From: Bigelowiella natans CCMP2755
Taxonomy: Eukaryota > Protista > Cercozoa
DNA: 39,753 bases
Direction: 5' to 3'
NCBI GenBank assembly: GCA_000320545.1
Contig: ADNK01001733.1
Coordinates: 1-39,753, forward strand
Part shown: one piece after another, positions 13,589-28,863 of the stretch
How the letters are laid out: each line of letters starts with the position of its first letter
How positions within the stretch are numbered: the first letter of the stretch is position 1
Program-made: the position numbers and the translations under genes
Notes under the pieces: generated by a model
Told to the model about the DNA's origin: nothing
What the model saw: the letters and a program-made list of their open reading frames with translations, nothing else
The model's database searches: none

Positions 13589-14369
13589 CACGATTGTAAC
13601 AAATTGTCCAATTATAATCATTGCTCCAGTCTCTTTCCTTTTTTGGCATTCTCCAACCCTCAGCCTTTTTAACTGTCCTGTTTGCAGATCAAGCGTTTGG
13701 AAGTATCTTCGTGCAAAGAGGATATCGATTTGGTACTAGAAACGCTTCGTAAAATTTACTTCTGCCACCTCCTATAAATAGCGAACAAACGCCTCTGTAG
13801 TCAGCTTATTCTGCCAAATGCAGTGGACGAGAATACGGGTCATCAGTGTCAATGATAGTGGTGTTTTATTGGAAAATAAAGTTCTGGAAAAACACTTTTC
13901 GCCCCAATCGCAGGTGTCCCAGCTACGCATCGTATGGGGAGTGATTATAGAGGACCGACAGGGTTGTGACAAAATTCATTTTCTTTCCAATACACAATTC
14001 ACCTTTTTTAACGATTCGGCGAGAAGTCACAACTGCTGCTCGCATCGCGCGTTGCACCAAACTTTGGACGAATGCTTGATTTAGCTTTTCTTTGTCGACG
14101 CTGCTCGCTGAATTCTGCTTCTCTCTCTAAACACGCACCGAACGACTGACTCTTCCTATTCATTCAAAAGGACTCAAAATTCAGCTGAAGCCGAAGAAAA
14201 TCGTGGAGGTAAATGAGAGGAATGTTGCATTGTTAATGATTTGGCGATTCCCTCGTCGCTGATACGGCTTGTCATGCACATGTTTTACTTGTCGCTCATC
14301 GGATTCTTAGGGACGAGTGGTTGAGTGCCTCTTGGCTTGCAAGTGGGGGGGAGCTCTGACACGAATGGG

Positions 14370-14407
<38 letters not shown>

Positions 14408-16434
14408 AAGGAATATTTCAGGGTAGCAAAATAAAACAAGTTGTTTATAAATGCACGTTTTTGTCTTTTAAAACTTCAATTACACACGCATTATTGGTAT
14501 TGAAGCTGTTTTTCCCAATGTCCTCCGCCTCCTCGTGCATAAATGCTACTGCTGCTGCTGATGATGATGATGATGCTGCCACCTAGGTCTCGATCAAGCG
14601 AAGTTTTACGCACCAGTCTTTTGGTCAGAAATGCTCAGGTAATAATAAAGACCTCAGCAGCTAAGGAAAGAAAGTGTGAAAAAAAGAGACTTCTTTATTC
14701 TGAGGGATATTGCACTCGGGTGAAAATATAAACGTCTTTTCTGCAGGCCTCCAAGCACCCAATCAGCCATCATTCAGCAGGTACAACTTTCCCCAGTAGC
14801 TTCCAGCTTTAACCCTAGGATTTCTCAGTGAGAAGAACTGATCCTGTTGCGTTGCTTCGCGTACCGAGATGTGCGCAGAATTTGACAGTTGTCTCGGGTG
14901 TGTGTTAGGCTGAAGAATTCACTCGATATAAGAAGGAAAGGTCGGAGTTCTTACAAGGAATGCAGGTACTCGGCCCATGGCCTCGTCGTATATCTGAATT
15001 TGGTTGTTCTTCGGATTATTTTCCTTAATTAGCGAATAAGTGCATTGGCCTAATTTCGGTGTTGTGAGAGCGGGGAGGCGAGGCGATGACTGTCGTGATG
15101 ACGCGGTCTTGGTTTCATTTGGTGTGTGTGTTGATGTGTATGTGTTTTATATGCCTCAGGTCTATGCTGCTGCAGAGTCTCGCGTGCGCTCAAGCGCCAA
15201 AGCCTTCATACGTGAAACGTAAGAGAATAACCGCATTAATGACCTCTATGTACAGTAGAAAGAGCCGCTACTATATGTCGATGGTGCTAATATGCTCTAT
15301 CTTTGTATAATAACGATTTTTTATGGTTTTCCTTAAATCCGGGACTAATCTTCGTTGTTTGCCCGAACCTGAATAGCCTGCAAAATGAGGATATTCCGCC
15401 TGGGACCTTACATTGCGACAACAAGGTGCTCACGACGTTAGTCACCTGCGTTTTTTACGGAGGCGCTTGACTTTGTTTTCGATTTTGGCCGATTGTTGGC
15501 TATGCAGGTGCAAGAGTTCCTTGACGACGTCTCCAAGGCAAATTCATATATGGACATTGCAAAGAAGCAGGTGTGAGCGACCACCACCACCAGCACCACC
15601 AGCAGTAGCAAACTGTATGTATCACCATGGAACTGTCGGGGTGAGGGGTGCTTGTTTGTAGCATCAGAGTACAATCGTATTGCTTTTGTTTCTAACCTGA
15701 ACGCTTAAATCTTCTTTGTAGGTTAAGCATATCGTCACCGCTGAGAAGGTGATAAGATTTAGGGAGATAGTTTAAGATGCTGTTGTTTCACTATACAGCT
15801 TTAGAGGGAACTTCCCATTTTATGATCTGTAGTAAATAAACATAGTTGGCTTAGTTGAATATTACGTTGTGATTTTGGCATTTTGTATTGCTGTTCTTAT
15901 TATGCTCGTGCTACAACGTGCGGCAGGTGCTTGTAGACTCCGACCCAAGATATCGCCCCTCCGCCACTGTGGTAAATCACAACTAAAAAGATCAGCGCCT
16001 AATACATTTTGCACGTGATTGTCTTCTCAGGTTTAAGTGTTTAAGAACTTCGCATCCCTTTTGAATGCTAAAAGTCGTGTTGATGGGCGTTGTTTTGAAT
16101 TGATTGTATTTTTTGTATTTTTCCCCTCAGGAGTCGATACCTTCTAGTGTCAAGTCAAAAGAGAAAAAGGTTTTTAGATGTTATTGCGGTTTGTATGTGT
16201 GTACTTTTCAGCGAGCGATGATTTTTAATGGGATTTAAGAGAAGAATGTTGCAGAATATCACCTGTGAGTTGTTGGTCAATCCATGGCACTTTATTGTTG
16301 ATGTTTTGGCTAGTAGTTATGTTCATAATCAAGCAAAATACAGTATCGATAATAACAAACTTTGTAATAATAATACAGAAAAAGGATGATGGATATTTCA
16401 AAGGTGGGTTCATACGTTCTCATTCTTCTCTCCT

Positions 16435-16467
<33 letters not shown>

Positions 16468-16909
16468 CATTCTCCGTTCCCCTCTTTGCTTTACGGTCCA
16501 CCTCCTCCTCCTCTCTCTCTCTATCTCTCTCTCTCTCTCCCTCTCTCTCTCTAATCCTTTCACCCTGTATTTCTTTCTCTTTCTTCTTCCCCCCCCGCAT
16601 GTAGCAATCTTTTTTATACCTCCCTCCTAACTTTGCATTCACTTCCCTTAATCGCTATCGATTGCATGTATTTCGAGAGCATTTCGCTCTCATGGTCATG
16701 TACGCAGGGGCTGCGTAATGAACATCGATATGCGTCTGTAAGGCACTTGCATCTGTATAACAGAAAGCACGATATGCATATATTTGGGTGAACCTCTCTA
16801 GATTCGTCACGGAAGGCTAAATCCAAGAAAAATAAGCTGAATAGTCTTATTACAAAGGATCTCCGCGGTCTAATCGACGTCCTGAAGGCCGAGGTAGCAT
16901 TTGGAATAT

Positions 16910-16970
<61 letters not shown>

Positions 16971-17388
16971 GTAACTAATAGTCGAAACAAATGTTCTTGA
17001 TTTCTCAAAATTAGGAGGCCAACCGACCACAACGGAAGGAAATGAGGTGCCTTTCAAATCAACCATTCTCATTAGCGCTACCTTGCATGCGTTGCGATGT
17101 TTGCAATTCTTCTGAAAGCGCAGATGTTAAATCCAATATATCATCGCATGCATGCGTATCACAAATAGCAGTTTCCATTCACTTGAAGAACATTCCATTC
17201 TACCGAATGAATAAGTCCGATGAATACGTCAAGGGCATGCGAGTGGTAGCGCTTGTTGGATCATTGGGTTGAGCTTGATTGAGGATTCATAAACATGGCT
17301 TTTATTTTTCTCCAATAGGCTGGGAAGAAATGCTCTATTAAGACAGAAAAGCGCCGAGGAGGTGTCGTTTAGCTATATATTATACATG

Positions 17389-17425
<37 letters not shown>

Positions 17426-17496
17426 TGTGCATGGATGTGTAATGTCCAATTGTCTTTTTTTTTAAATCTTTTGAAGTTCTTGCTTTCTTTGTAAAG

Positions 17497-17537
<41 letters not shown>

Positions 17538-18002
17538 TATTTCCGGTCTTTACATCTTTCGCCTTGAAGAGACGATTCCAATATCGATAGAATAGGAGGT
17601 TGAGAGTGAGTTGTTTGTTTTTTATTGATTTTGGCAGATTGTGGAAGAGAGCAAGCTGGGTGATGATGTTTGGTTCTCACCAAGTGAATGGGCCATTCCG
17701 CCGATGTTTTATTCACATGCAACTGTGTGTTGAAGGACGCTTTGTGACGATAAAATGCGTGTGTCTCCATGGGTCGCTCTGTGTTATAATATCCACCAAA
17801 ACACCTCCTCATATGTGAGATTCTTTTCACGCTACTTTGCTACAGGCGCTCACGACTTGACCGAGTGGGAATTAAGATGCCTTCGATGGCTCAAAGTAAG
17901 AACTATATGAAATCACCGGGAAGTATAATCGAGAGCATAAGCAGCTTTTATCTGCTATCGCAATACATTGCGAGCATAGCTAGGATATGTACGCATTGTA
18001 TG

Positions 18003-18041
<39 letters not shown>

Positions 18042-18331
18042 ATTTTTAGAATACATGTAACATTTGTATTCGTTGCGAAGGTGCCGGAAAAGGAGTTGAA
18101 GAATTTGTATAACCAACTGGTCACGCATTTCCCCCATCAACCCCCCCCCTCCTTATTTTGTGTTTGTATTTCTTGTGGAGGATTCGCTATGATACTTTTG
18201 TGTGGTTTGATGTTATATGCTATGTTGTCGCTGATGAATGCGATGTCCATCTAGTTTATCCTCACCTTATATTTATACGCACGAATAGAATATTTATATT
18301 GATAAAAATATATGTTATGTATATTATAATA

Positions 18332-18368
<37 letters not shown>

Positions 18369-18821
18369 CTAGAATATCATTTTATATAGTCATCAAATAC
18401 GCAACAGGTCGGCCTCAATAAGCAAATTCGTAATCACGTCGAGGAATCACGGTCAAATTTCAACCTCGCTCAATCAATCTAACCTCCTTTCAAGAACGAT
18501 TTGCAAAGCTTGTTGTTGGTTTTCCTTATTATCATTCTTCGCCATCCTCGAAATCTGCTCTACAAAATGATGTTCTTCTTCTTTGTCATCACCATCAGTA
18601 TCATTGTCGTTCATTCCATCTCTTTCACCCCCTTCAAATATCAGAAGGAAGCTAAGAACTCCAAAGAGGACACCTATCCTGCAGCCTCTCGGAGGAAACT
18701 GCGAAGGTATAGTCACATGGATAAAATAAATGATATTTTTATATTTGAATATGATTGTCACTTTTGCAAACTTATAGTGTGAAAGTCGTCCCACAACGAT
18801 ACTGCGTTGGTCCTCATGTTT

Positions 18822-18853
<32 letters not shown>

Positions 18854-20285
18854 TACGCAAATTCTGCGAGATCCCTCACACAGCTATTGCAAATGCACGA
18901 TTCCACAGCACACCGGCAAAATATGATTTAACGTTAAAGGCTTCAATCCTCATGATCTACTCATCGAATTATAGGTGAAAGTCGTCATCCCGCTGAAGGA
19001 AGTACAAGCCCTGTCGTTTATTCCAGGCCTTCTCAGGTCAATGTGAATAGCAAGAGGACCTCGGAGGATAACGACACGGAATCAAAGGCTGATTGCAAGG
19101 AAAGCTCGAGGTCCCCTGACTCACAGAAATCGTCGACTGACTCCGTTAAGCTAAAGGAGGGGGGGGTTGCGAAGGATGAGTCTTCAAAGAAGAAGGTGGG
19201 GTAATATAGGGTGAAAGTAGATCAATTTCTCAAGCAATGTCCCTGTAACGAGTGACACGTGAGGCTCAAGAGTTTAGTTAGGAGGGGGGGGGGGGGGGGG
19301 GGGTAATATTGAGACTGACCTGCATTCTTAGAGCAATATACTTTTCCGGGAAGCAAAGCGTTCCTGACCGTGTTTTCGCTGCTAACTTTGTAGGAGGCCT
19401 TTCCCTCCCTCAAACTGGGCCCTCGTGCAGTTTCGAGGTAGGCAGTAGCGATTGTTTGTCTTTGTTCGGAAATGCTTTCTAATGTCATGGTGACGAGGCA
19501 GTTAGTTTTTACTATCTTGGGAATCGTCGTTTCATGGACATGCGCCTGGCAATCGATGCACAGTGCATCCCAGTGTTTCCTTCTCGCCTTTTAAACCCGA
19601 AGTTTGAGAGGAATGGCTACTTCTACCGCAGGTTCAAAGCTGAGAGCGCCGAGGCGTCTTCACGCAAAAACAAGCCGCCATCGGAAGACGTCCCTCTCAG
19701 GCCAATTCTCGTCGAGGAAACTTCTGAGAAGGTGCGGACTTGAATGGGAGTGCGTGGCAGGAAATTCGCCGGCATTTTTGCCGAATCTACATTCAATGTT
19801 TCGACGTGATTACCGTAGACCACGGATGGGATGCGGTATAAAACTTGCTCAAATGTGAATAATACTTGTTATGTGCACATATATGATCCTACTACTCAGT
19901 CACAACCCTCCGGATATGAAGATTTTGACCTTGGTATTGTCATATATGGTGCCCTTTCTGTGTTAGTTAGTAGCGATGAAGCATGAAATTTGGATTTTTT
20001 TGAGCTGCCGGGAGACTTGCAGCAAACTGGAGATGTCTTTTACATTATTTCGATGCCAAAATGCGAGGACGTATTCTTATCCTTCGTCTTCTTTCACTGA
20101 GTCAACTATTCAACGCATTCCTAACTCGTATTGCTTCGGTGGACCATGAAAGGGGATGAGCTTATACGGCTTTATCACAATGAAACGCTCGAGGAGCTTC
20201 ATGTCCTGTGACTTAAAACATATTTTATTTTGAGTATATATTGTGAAAATGTTTTTCTCTTTCTTTTCTGTCTATCTATCTCCAT

Positions 20286-20330
<45 letters not shown>

Positions 20331-20344
20331 TATGATATAGAAAA

Positions 20345-20389
<45 letters not shown>

Positions 20390-20701
20390 ACAGAAAGTGG
20401 TAGAAAAGAGAGCGATAAATAATCTCAATGAAGGCCATATGTCTCCACGTGTCGTTTTCTAATCCGCTCAATATTGCATGGAATATTGCATGTATATAGG
20501 GCCGATGGCTGGGATTGCTAAAGGACTTTTATGATCCAAAGAAGGACGTTTTCAACACGACTAAAGTGATGCTCATTTTCTCTACACATATGCAAAAGCT
20601 TGTATGCACATATACATGTGCGTGTGTTGTGTGTGTGTTGTGTGTGTGTGTGTGTGTGTTATGTGTGTGTGTGTGTGCTGTCTAAATGAGTGTTTCTCTC
20701 G

Positions 20702-20749
<48 letters not shown>

Positions 20750-22999
20750 TTCTTTATGTGTACGTGTGTCCTTACCAATCCATAGATTCCAGACATATAC
20801 GATAATATTAAGTACGACTCTCTTCATAATCGGCATCTCCTGAGAGGTATAACACCCTATCCGTGCAGTATTTTCATTACCATATAAGGGCTAGTTAATG
20901 GTGAGGGGTGATAGTAACGGTTATCCAATCTAACAACAGGCTTACGGAGCATCTACATATCCGCGAAAAACGTAGCCGACTTCGTGATTCCTCAGGAGTA
21001 TGGCTTATTCCAGACGGTCAGAGATGCAAGATATGATGATGATGGAGACGATGATGATAGTGAAGATGATGATGATGAAGTTGATGGCCGCCGAAGCAAA
21101 ATAGCTGTCTATTTCTAGAATTACAACGTCATTCATATATAGAAGGTATTTATACTGCCTCTGTGCCCGCAGCATAGATAAATCAGTCCTGTGGCCTCAT
21201 TGATAAGGCTTGACTTTGAGCTTGCCATTTCTCGCTTGAAATGTATAAATTCACTGTATACAATTGGAGGTTGGAGCAATAGTGTTCTAATTTCCCCCCC
21301 AAAACTATCAGGAGAAGCTCGTTATCGGTCGTAGTATTGTCCAGAATCTGCTGCAGCACATACTGCAAAACTTGCTCAAAGGTAGTGCAATTTGAGCGGA
21401 GCGATATGAATACATTGCTGTTTTTATTTCTCTTTTCACACTCGTCGGTTTATTGCATATATTAGCATTTGTCCTTCAATCTGTCTTGCGGGTCTTGAAG
21501 ACACGATGATTCTTTTCCAGTGCTGAATTCCAGCAAAGTTGTGATTTTTCTCGTGAGAATGGGCAACTTCCATTGTTTTGGTGTATCTCCGTTTCTGAGA
21601 AAAGCTCTGTATGAACTCTCGCCGATAGGAATGGAACTTGACCCCTCTCACCGAGCCAACCTGTACTTTTCTTCGGAGAGGTGTGTGTGTGCTATTGTAT
21701 ATGAGATGCATCGTCAGTAGCACCGTCATCTTTATCGGTTTTCGTCGCATGCAAATCGTAGTCGATAACGGCTCTCAGTATCATCCATGAAGATCTTGTG
21801 TGTTGTTGATTTAAGCTTCTCCATGATGTGTTTGAATCCCAGCCACCTCCATTCTCTGCGAAACGCTATTCTTCTCTCTGACATTCCTCATAATCGGGTA
21901 AGTCGTAGGAGAAGACCCCCCTCCCTTTTCCTTGGGCGCCTCCCAAATCAAGAAATGGCTTTGCCCGCCTTCGCGTTTATCTCTGTGACTTCAGTGTAAC
22001 TCACCGTTTTAAACTTAGACCGTTGCAACGACGCTTGAAGCGATGGAGATCAATTACATGGTGAAGGCGCATCGTAAACAATACTTTGTTCGTTTTCTGA
22101 TGACGTCGCGACGGCGGCGGCGGCGCGGCAAAGCGTAGATTATGATACGTCGATAGCATATTCAATACCAGTTCCAATGCTGATTTAACTTGAAAACCGT
22201 TGCCACTTAATAACAAAGGCGCATTGCGTGTTTCGTCTATTCTTGGACCCCACTCGAGATAAGGGGGATCCTTCTCGGTTATTCATCATATAATAACTAA
22301 CGAAAAAGCTAGCTAACTTCGTGCAATGGAGGCCATCGTAAAAAGAGCCATAACTAACGCCTCTGCGGCCTATTTACTGGATGTTCATAGATTAAAATGA
22401 GAGTTAAACTTTCTTCGCCTTTCAAGCTTCTCGTTCGCATTCCGCATTTCCTTACGGCAGTGACTGAATTTCTGTTGTCCGTTGTTGCTGCTGCTGCTGC
22501 ATATGACCCGGTTGGCTTTTTAACACCCAGGCACTATGTTGATGTGCAGTTTGCTCCGGGGGCAGCCTTAGATCCGTTTATTTTCATGGGGAAAGGTCGG
22601 TAGTAGTCAGAACGCAGCAGCTCGGGGAGAGAGCGATTTCGCGTTTTGTTCCGCCTGGATTTTCGGGGTGAATTGATCAACTGATATGTGTATGTATGTG
22701 TGTGTGTGTGTGTGTGTGTGTTTGTATTATTACGTTTGTCTTCAAGATCACTTGCTACCTGTGTCCAGGCCAATTCCGGTACAAATGTTGTTTTGGACGA
22801 AAAAACATGCTAATGCTACTAGACAGTGGTTGGTGTCGTTTCTGAGTTGGAAGAGGGGACATTAAATTCCAGTGCCGTGTGTGAATGCAGACGGGCGTCA
22901 AATGGAAACGAATAATTTTTGTTCTACATGCGATGTTATCAGGTGAATGGGCGCATTCCTTTAGAGGTATTCAAACAATTCGTCGAAGGGAGAGTGTGA
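8133..22999 (+). CDS. VIP1: Inositol hexakisphosphate/diphosphoinositol-pentakisphosphate kinase (VIP1/PPIP5K): ATP-grasp kinase plus histidine acid phosphatase domain, very many short exons
   Basis: Exons: VLGVCAARKK (~8400); [68 protein letters not shown]; YEEF...[62 protein letters not shown]. Phosphatase motif VFRHGDRTPK at ~12870, then KWGGALT, IPDIYDNIKYDSLHN, ADFVIPQEYG, LYFSSESHLHSL, and last exon VNGRIPLEVFKQFVEGRV* (TGA 22997-22999). First exon MAEKST... at 8133 splices in frame to the 8333 exon. Confidence 0.95.
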
Positions 23000-23948
23000 T
23001 TCGCGTTTTCGTGCAGTAAATTCTCCAATCGTCCTTGGAGAGAACAATATGTGCTCGATTTCTTCCGAGTTTAGTAGTTGGAATTTGACAACTCACCAGC
23101 AAATTTTATAGTAGTATACGAATCGTTTCTACACATATTCCGTGCAAGTTAAAAATTGAGCATCTTTGAGCTGTCAGCATAGCCAATAATTCACTTAATG
23201 TGCAACTCGTGCGCAGGGCTGCAGCCCACTTAGTATAGAAGATGACTGCACACTCGATCAAGTGAAGCGAGTCATGAGCATGCCTGTATATGAGGATACA
23301 AGCGCAACTTCTTCTGTCTTGCTTTCATTCCGTTCGATCATGCTAGTATTTAAGATTACATATATGTTGTTTGCGAAAGATGGCAATGTAGCACGCACAC
23401 ATGTACTCAATACTCATGCACAGCGAGCTGACGAGAACTGCCAAAACAATTTGTTTTTGCTCGATCAGGTTACCGCTTGATCGACGCAAGCTAACAAACA
23501 GCACATATCTAGATAATAAGCAATCTGTGAGTGTGATGCATCATGCGAAATTGTCACTTGTCGACTCTGCTGCCGTGCATGTGTGCATGCCGCCTGCACG
23601 TTGCATCGCATATAAGCATACGATATCGTCTACTAGATAGTGTCCGTGTTTGCAAACAGACACTTTACCTAAGTGCGTGGATGTATTGCATGCACAATGT
23701 CGCGCAAGCGACGTGATGTGTTCTCCGCATCACCAAACGTGGTAGCGCAGCTCGTGGCATATTGCACTACATCGTTTCAAACCAGCTAAATCAATGGTTC
23801 TTTGTTGAAAATAAGTAATTGAAGATCGTGGCATTTCGGTCTTTTTCATCCTAATCTCTGTTTACGTGTGCTATGTGTGCTATCCCGTACTCTATTCCAC
23901 ACTACATAGAGAATAATACGCCCATTATTATGTCATCATCGACGTTGA

Positions 23949-24408
23949 TCATCCTACGAATTCGTATTGCACACGAATCCCATAACCATGGTCGGAGTTG
24001 CTATTTTTGCCAAACAGCCCGGATTCCAGCGGAAATGGGACCACGGCCGGGATAGCGCTCATCAGTAGTCGGGCATTCTGAGTCGTCGAACAAAACAAAT
24101 CACAAATGAACTGAACATATCCTCGCAAAATACACTCTCGCACACACACACACGCGCGCGCGCACACACACACACACATACACATACACACACATATTTG
24201 GTTGGTTTCCAGACTAAACAGCACAGGGGATCAGATAGTAAGTCCTTCCCCGCTGCCAATCAGAATACCAAACATTTTTCATTTACGGGCTGTAGAACGC
24301 TTATCGATGCATATTATCAATGCATAAAGCTGCCTGATGAAACAACCCAATATATATGTGCGCGCGCGCGCGCATACACACGCACACACACACACACACA
24401 CACATATA

Positions 24409-24450
<42 letters not shown>

Positions 24451-24619
24451 CTAAAGTTTCATTTGTATAGTACATTGTCAGCCAGAACTCCCATTAGCGG
24501 CTTGATCTTTACTGTACGATTTACCTGTAATAGTGATGACACAACACCAACATCCGCACCTCTTTATGATGAAAATGATGCTGCTACTGAGTGCGCAAAA
24601 CTCTCTAATACACAGAGGC

Positions 24620-24665
<46 letters not shown>

Positions 24666-25920
24666 TAATATTATATAAATTATATAAGAGTGTTGTGCAG
24701 CAACCTCCAAATACGAGAGACTTCGTCTCGGTGAGAGCTTGGAGCTGCTACCAACAGACCCGATACTACTCCTCCTCCTAATCCTGCTTTTGGTGGTACT
24801 GCTGCTGTCGGTGGCGTTCTTCGCAGCGCCCCCGGCCTCCCCCCCTCCTTCTCCTCTGGCCGATTCTCGTTTTAAGATGCCCAACGAGGACTTCGTGAGA
24901 GGAATCACGTACTCGAAGGCGCCGCTCAAAACCTCGTCAAACGTCACTTTGTTTCTCCGCCGTTTTTTCGTCTCGCCGTGCTGCTTGTTCTCCTTCTCGA
25001 AGGATGACGAGGAGGCGATAGCACCAGCAGTGATTGCAGATGCCGATGTAGCAGTTGAAGGCGAGGCAGTGGCCGTCTCCTTCTCGCTGCTCGGCAAGCT
25101 ACACTCGCTTATGCACACGCTCCAGGGTCCTGAAAGTCAATTTTCACGGCATATCCTTTCATCGATGCTCGAGTTACATGAACAAATCTCCCCCTCCTCC
25201 CCCCCGCTCTCAACCACCCGCAGCCCTAGCTTTATAGTAGCAAGGATTTTCATTCCGAACTTCACGTTCCACCACCGTGTTCTTCGCGTGCGTATACTTA
25301 TATTGTTTTTAAGCCAATCTGTCGTATTCACATTGCAGGACATCGACTCTACCCCACTGGTGGACACCCAGGCACACGCGCGTTCCATCCTCTACATGCA
25401 GCTGCGGCAGGGAGACCGATGACTTGCTGTGCACGCCTGTTAATATATCATCGGTCAAACATCCTTCTCCGGGAGATCTGACTTTGAAGAAAAGCCTTTT
25501 TTTTACATTTCTCTGGAATGGGTGTTCGCGTGTCGTACAACTGCTCCTTATTTGTGCGCATCGTTTGGTGCTGCGTGCACACCCATATCCTTTTAGGTAT
25601 ATATTACCACGATTTTTTTCATTTCTTCGGTCCTTGTTCGAAATCTAATGGCCAGTGGGTACCAATAAGTCACAGTAAAAAAATGTCCTCATTCATTTAT
25701 CGTACAATACAAAAATGTATATATATATATATATAGTAAGTGTTTGATTGACTAAGAAAAACTCGAATATTTCTTACCCCCCCCCGACCCCCCTTCTCCA
25801 ACATCCCCTCCTCCTCACCTGCTCCTTGATATTTCCGCGATTATCCGTAAAGAACGATGGGCGAAAGACCACCAACGTCGTCCCACGCAAGTAAGTCTTC
25901 ACGTTATTCTGGTGAGAGAA

Positions 25921-25957
<37 letters not shown>

Positions 25958-26625
25958 CATATATATAATATTTGTATATAATGACAAGAATACGATACGA
26001 TTGAGTCAATGCAGCTCTACACAGAAAGGACTGGTGTAAAGTACCCTTAGAGGCAAGAATCCGTCCTTCTTCGGTCGCTTTCCTGGCAATCGTGGAGTGA
26101 TATCAGCCAATGCAATAACAACAAGCATTTATACATATTATTAACTCGTTAAACCAATGGCCGGACATGTACACATTATCATCACAGATATGAAACTCTT
26201 GGAGTTAGTTCATACGTCTTCGCAGAATGTATATAACATTATAAGATGTATTGTTTATGCAATATATTAAACTGTGTGCAAGATACCTGCTGGTGCTGAA
26301 GCTCTACTGAGCGACTCTAATAGCATCGATAACGGCTTTTCTCCAATTCGCCCCACACCAATCTCCTTTTCCATAACCTGAAACGGGGGGAGGGGGGGGG
26401 GGGCAAAACGGAGGGATAGGAACGCCAAACCGACAGTTAACCTTCCGTAAGAGCAGCAAAGTTGCATACTACTGTGGATATGTAGCAGGTACCATTCTCA
26501 ACGCCTCCTTCCAGAAGGCCATGGGATGATCGATGTAAGGACCGCATTCAAACCAAACAGCGACGCTTGTCTTCTGCAACGACTTTAAGAACGGCTCGTA
26601 CACCTGGAAGTGGTAGACAGAGAAA

Positions 26626-26694
<69 letters not shown>

Positions 26695-27479
26695 ATGCGG
26701 GAAAACAACGATGAGGCTGGGAAAAAGTTGGGAGACTCAAGAGATAGTAAAACTGTACAAACGCACCGTTCTCCCCGTAAGATTCCTGAATTCGTCAGAC
26801 TGGGCCGCAAGATTGGCCAAATTGTGTCTAAAACCGTCACTGCAACAAGGAGAAGAAGATGTTATACAAATGGCACCTCCCATCCATCCCTCCCTCCTTC
26901 ATCGTCATCATCAAAGGAAGAGAACCATTCGAAAATGGGGAATTTCCCCAGAACTGAACTTTTTCTAAAAATCTCGCGACGCCGCTGTCTATCGCGCGAC
27001 TAAACCGATCCGAAATTGCAGATATGGCAGCAGGTGAACATCACATTCGCATGGTAGATCTGCAAGTATACAATCGGCCCCAGCATGATGCATACCCAAA
27101 TATGTCGGCGAGCAGCGGCATGAGCTTATTCCGCATTCTGCCTCGATTTGACCATTCTGGTGTTGTATCTTTGAAGTAAGGGACCTGAAAGGAATATCGT
27201 CCAAAAACCATGAAGGATATTGGCGTTTTGCATCGTTCACGCGCTGATTTGCAGCAGAGTTAATTGTTCTCCCCGGCGAAGAAAAGAGCTTTGTACAAGC
27301 ATGCTCGAGCTTACCCCGTATCGATGGGCGACGGTGTATATCTCGCTCTGCAAACACAACAAAGGGCAAGGTGCGGTTTAGATGTGAATGCTCCCTGCAT
27401 CAGTGAGAATGTGCTCCTGCGATTTCAGTCTTATTTACTGTTTCATGGACGGCGTTTGTGTTGTGGTTGTTGTTGTTGT

Positions 27480-27517
<38 letters not shown>

Positions 27518-28801
27518 CGCGAACACGCCGCTTGAAGATACCTTTCGATGTGGTAGAAATGGACGCCAGATCGTAACGCCGTCCTTCACACTCTCCTCCC
27601 CCATTCCAGAGAGCTTATCAAACCAAGGGCAAATGAAATGGAAGGAAATGAGTTGGCGGAAAAACTACACACAATCAAGCATATTGGTAAGTTGATTCTG
27701 CTCATGGCAATCTCGTTTCGCAAGGAATCTAAAACATAACGATTTTTTACATATATTTGAGTGCAATCGTAGGTGATTATACCTGCAGAAGGGAGACGCC
27801 CTTCATCATATTCGAGATTACATTCTCTGCAGAGATGACCCAGTGAGAGAGCGTCGATGAACACGAAGACCAAAATTAAGGAAAAACGCGATTTCTTACA
27901 CATTTCCCATCAGCTAGTGAACTATTTCATCACTGATTGATTATGGTAAAATGGGGAGAATATCGGAAGTATGATGTGTCGCACCTTCGATATCGCCTTT
28001 GTGGTGCCCAAAAATGACGCCTTTGGCCCCAGTTTTCTTCATGGCAGCCTGAGCATTTTGAGCGAGTATTACAATATCACCCTACACATGCGCGATGTAT
28101 CCTGCGCGTGGCCAAGTGACTGGGATAAATTTTATGAAGAAGCGACCAAAAAAAATAATCGGAATGCACTTCTAACGCGACAACATGGCCTATGCGAATG
28201 ATCATCTACTCTGTATGCGCTGTAGCGAATCGAGCGTGTGAGTTCCTCGTAAATCTCCCTCTTCGTAACCTACTCGGCAGTGCCAGGAAACGAAGTAAAT
28301 GCAAAGAACAAGCATCACTTCGATGATACACGCATCGATGGCAAGATGTACAACGACACACTAACAAAGAATGCTGCGATAAGGCCCAAAAATTAACTTC
28401 CAAGGAAAACACGATCTCTCATAGAGTTTCCGGGTACTCAGTCATCTCCGTGTCTATTCTAAGTTCCAAATCATACCCCTCTCTTAGCTTCGGTGATGGT
28501 GCGTACGCGTATCTGAACCCCTCGTTCCGAACACCAATTCGCGACAAAAAGCGCCTGCGTTTTCCCAGATTCACAACAGGGAGAGAGAACGCATTAATGC
28601 TGAGCCTTCAAGGTTGGATGGAAATAAAGCAAAAAAAGCGTCGGCAGTTTCTGTGACACTACGCTCCGCAGCCAGAAGCTCAAGGCATATCCTTTCACCA
28701 TTGCATCCTTTGTCATGTCATCAACGGTGTATTCTCCCAATGCCTTTTCTTCCACTTTGCACACAAATGCGCTCAAAACGAGCTTATTGAGGACACACAC
28801 A

Positions 28802-28863
<62 letters not shown>

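Noticed and set aside
24739-25422. 227-aa plus-strand ORF with a signal-peptide-like Leu run
   Set aside because: It is the antisense shadow of a low-complexity S/A/K-rich exon of the minus-strand TilS gene.
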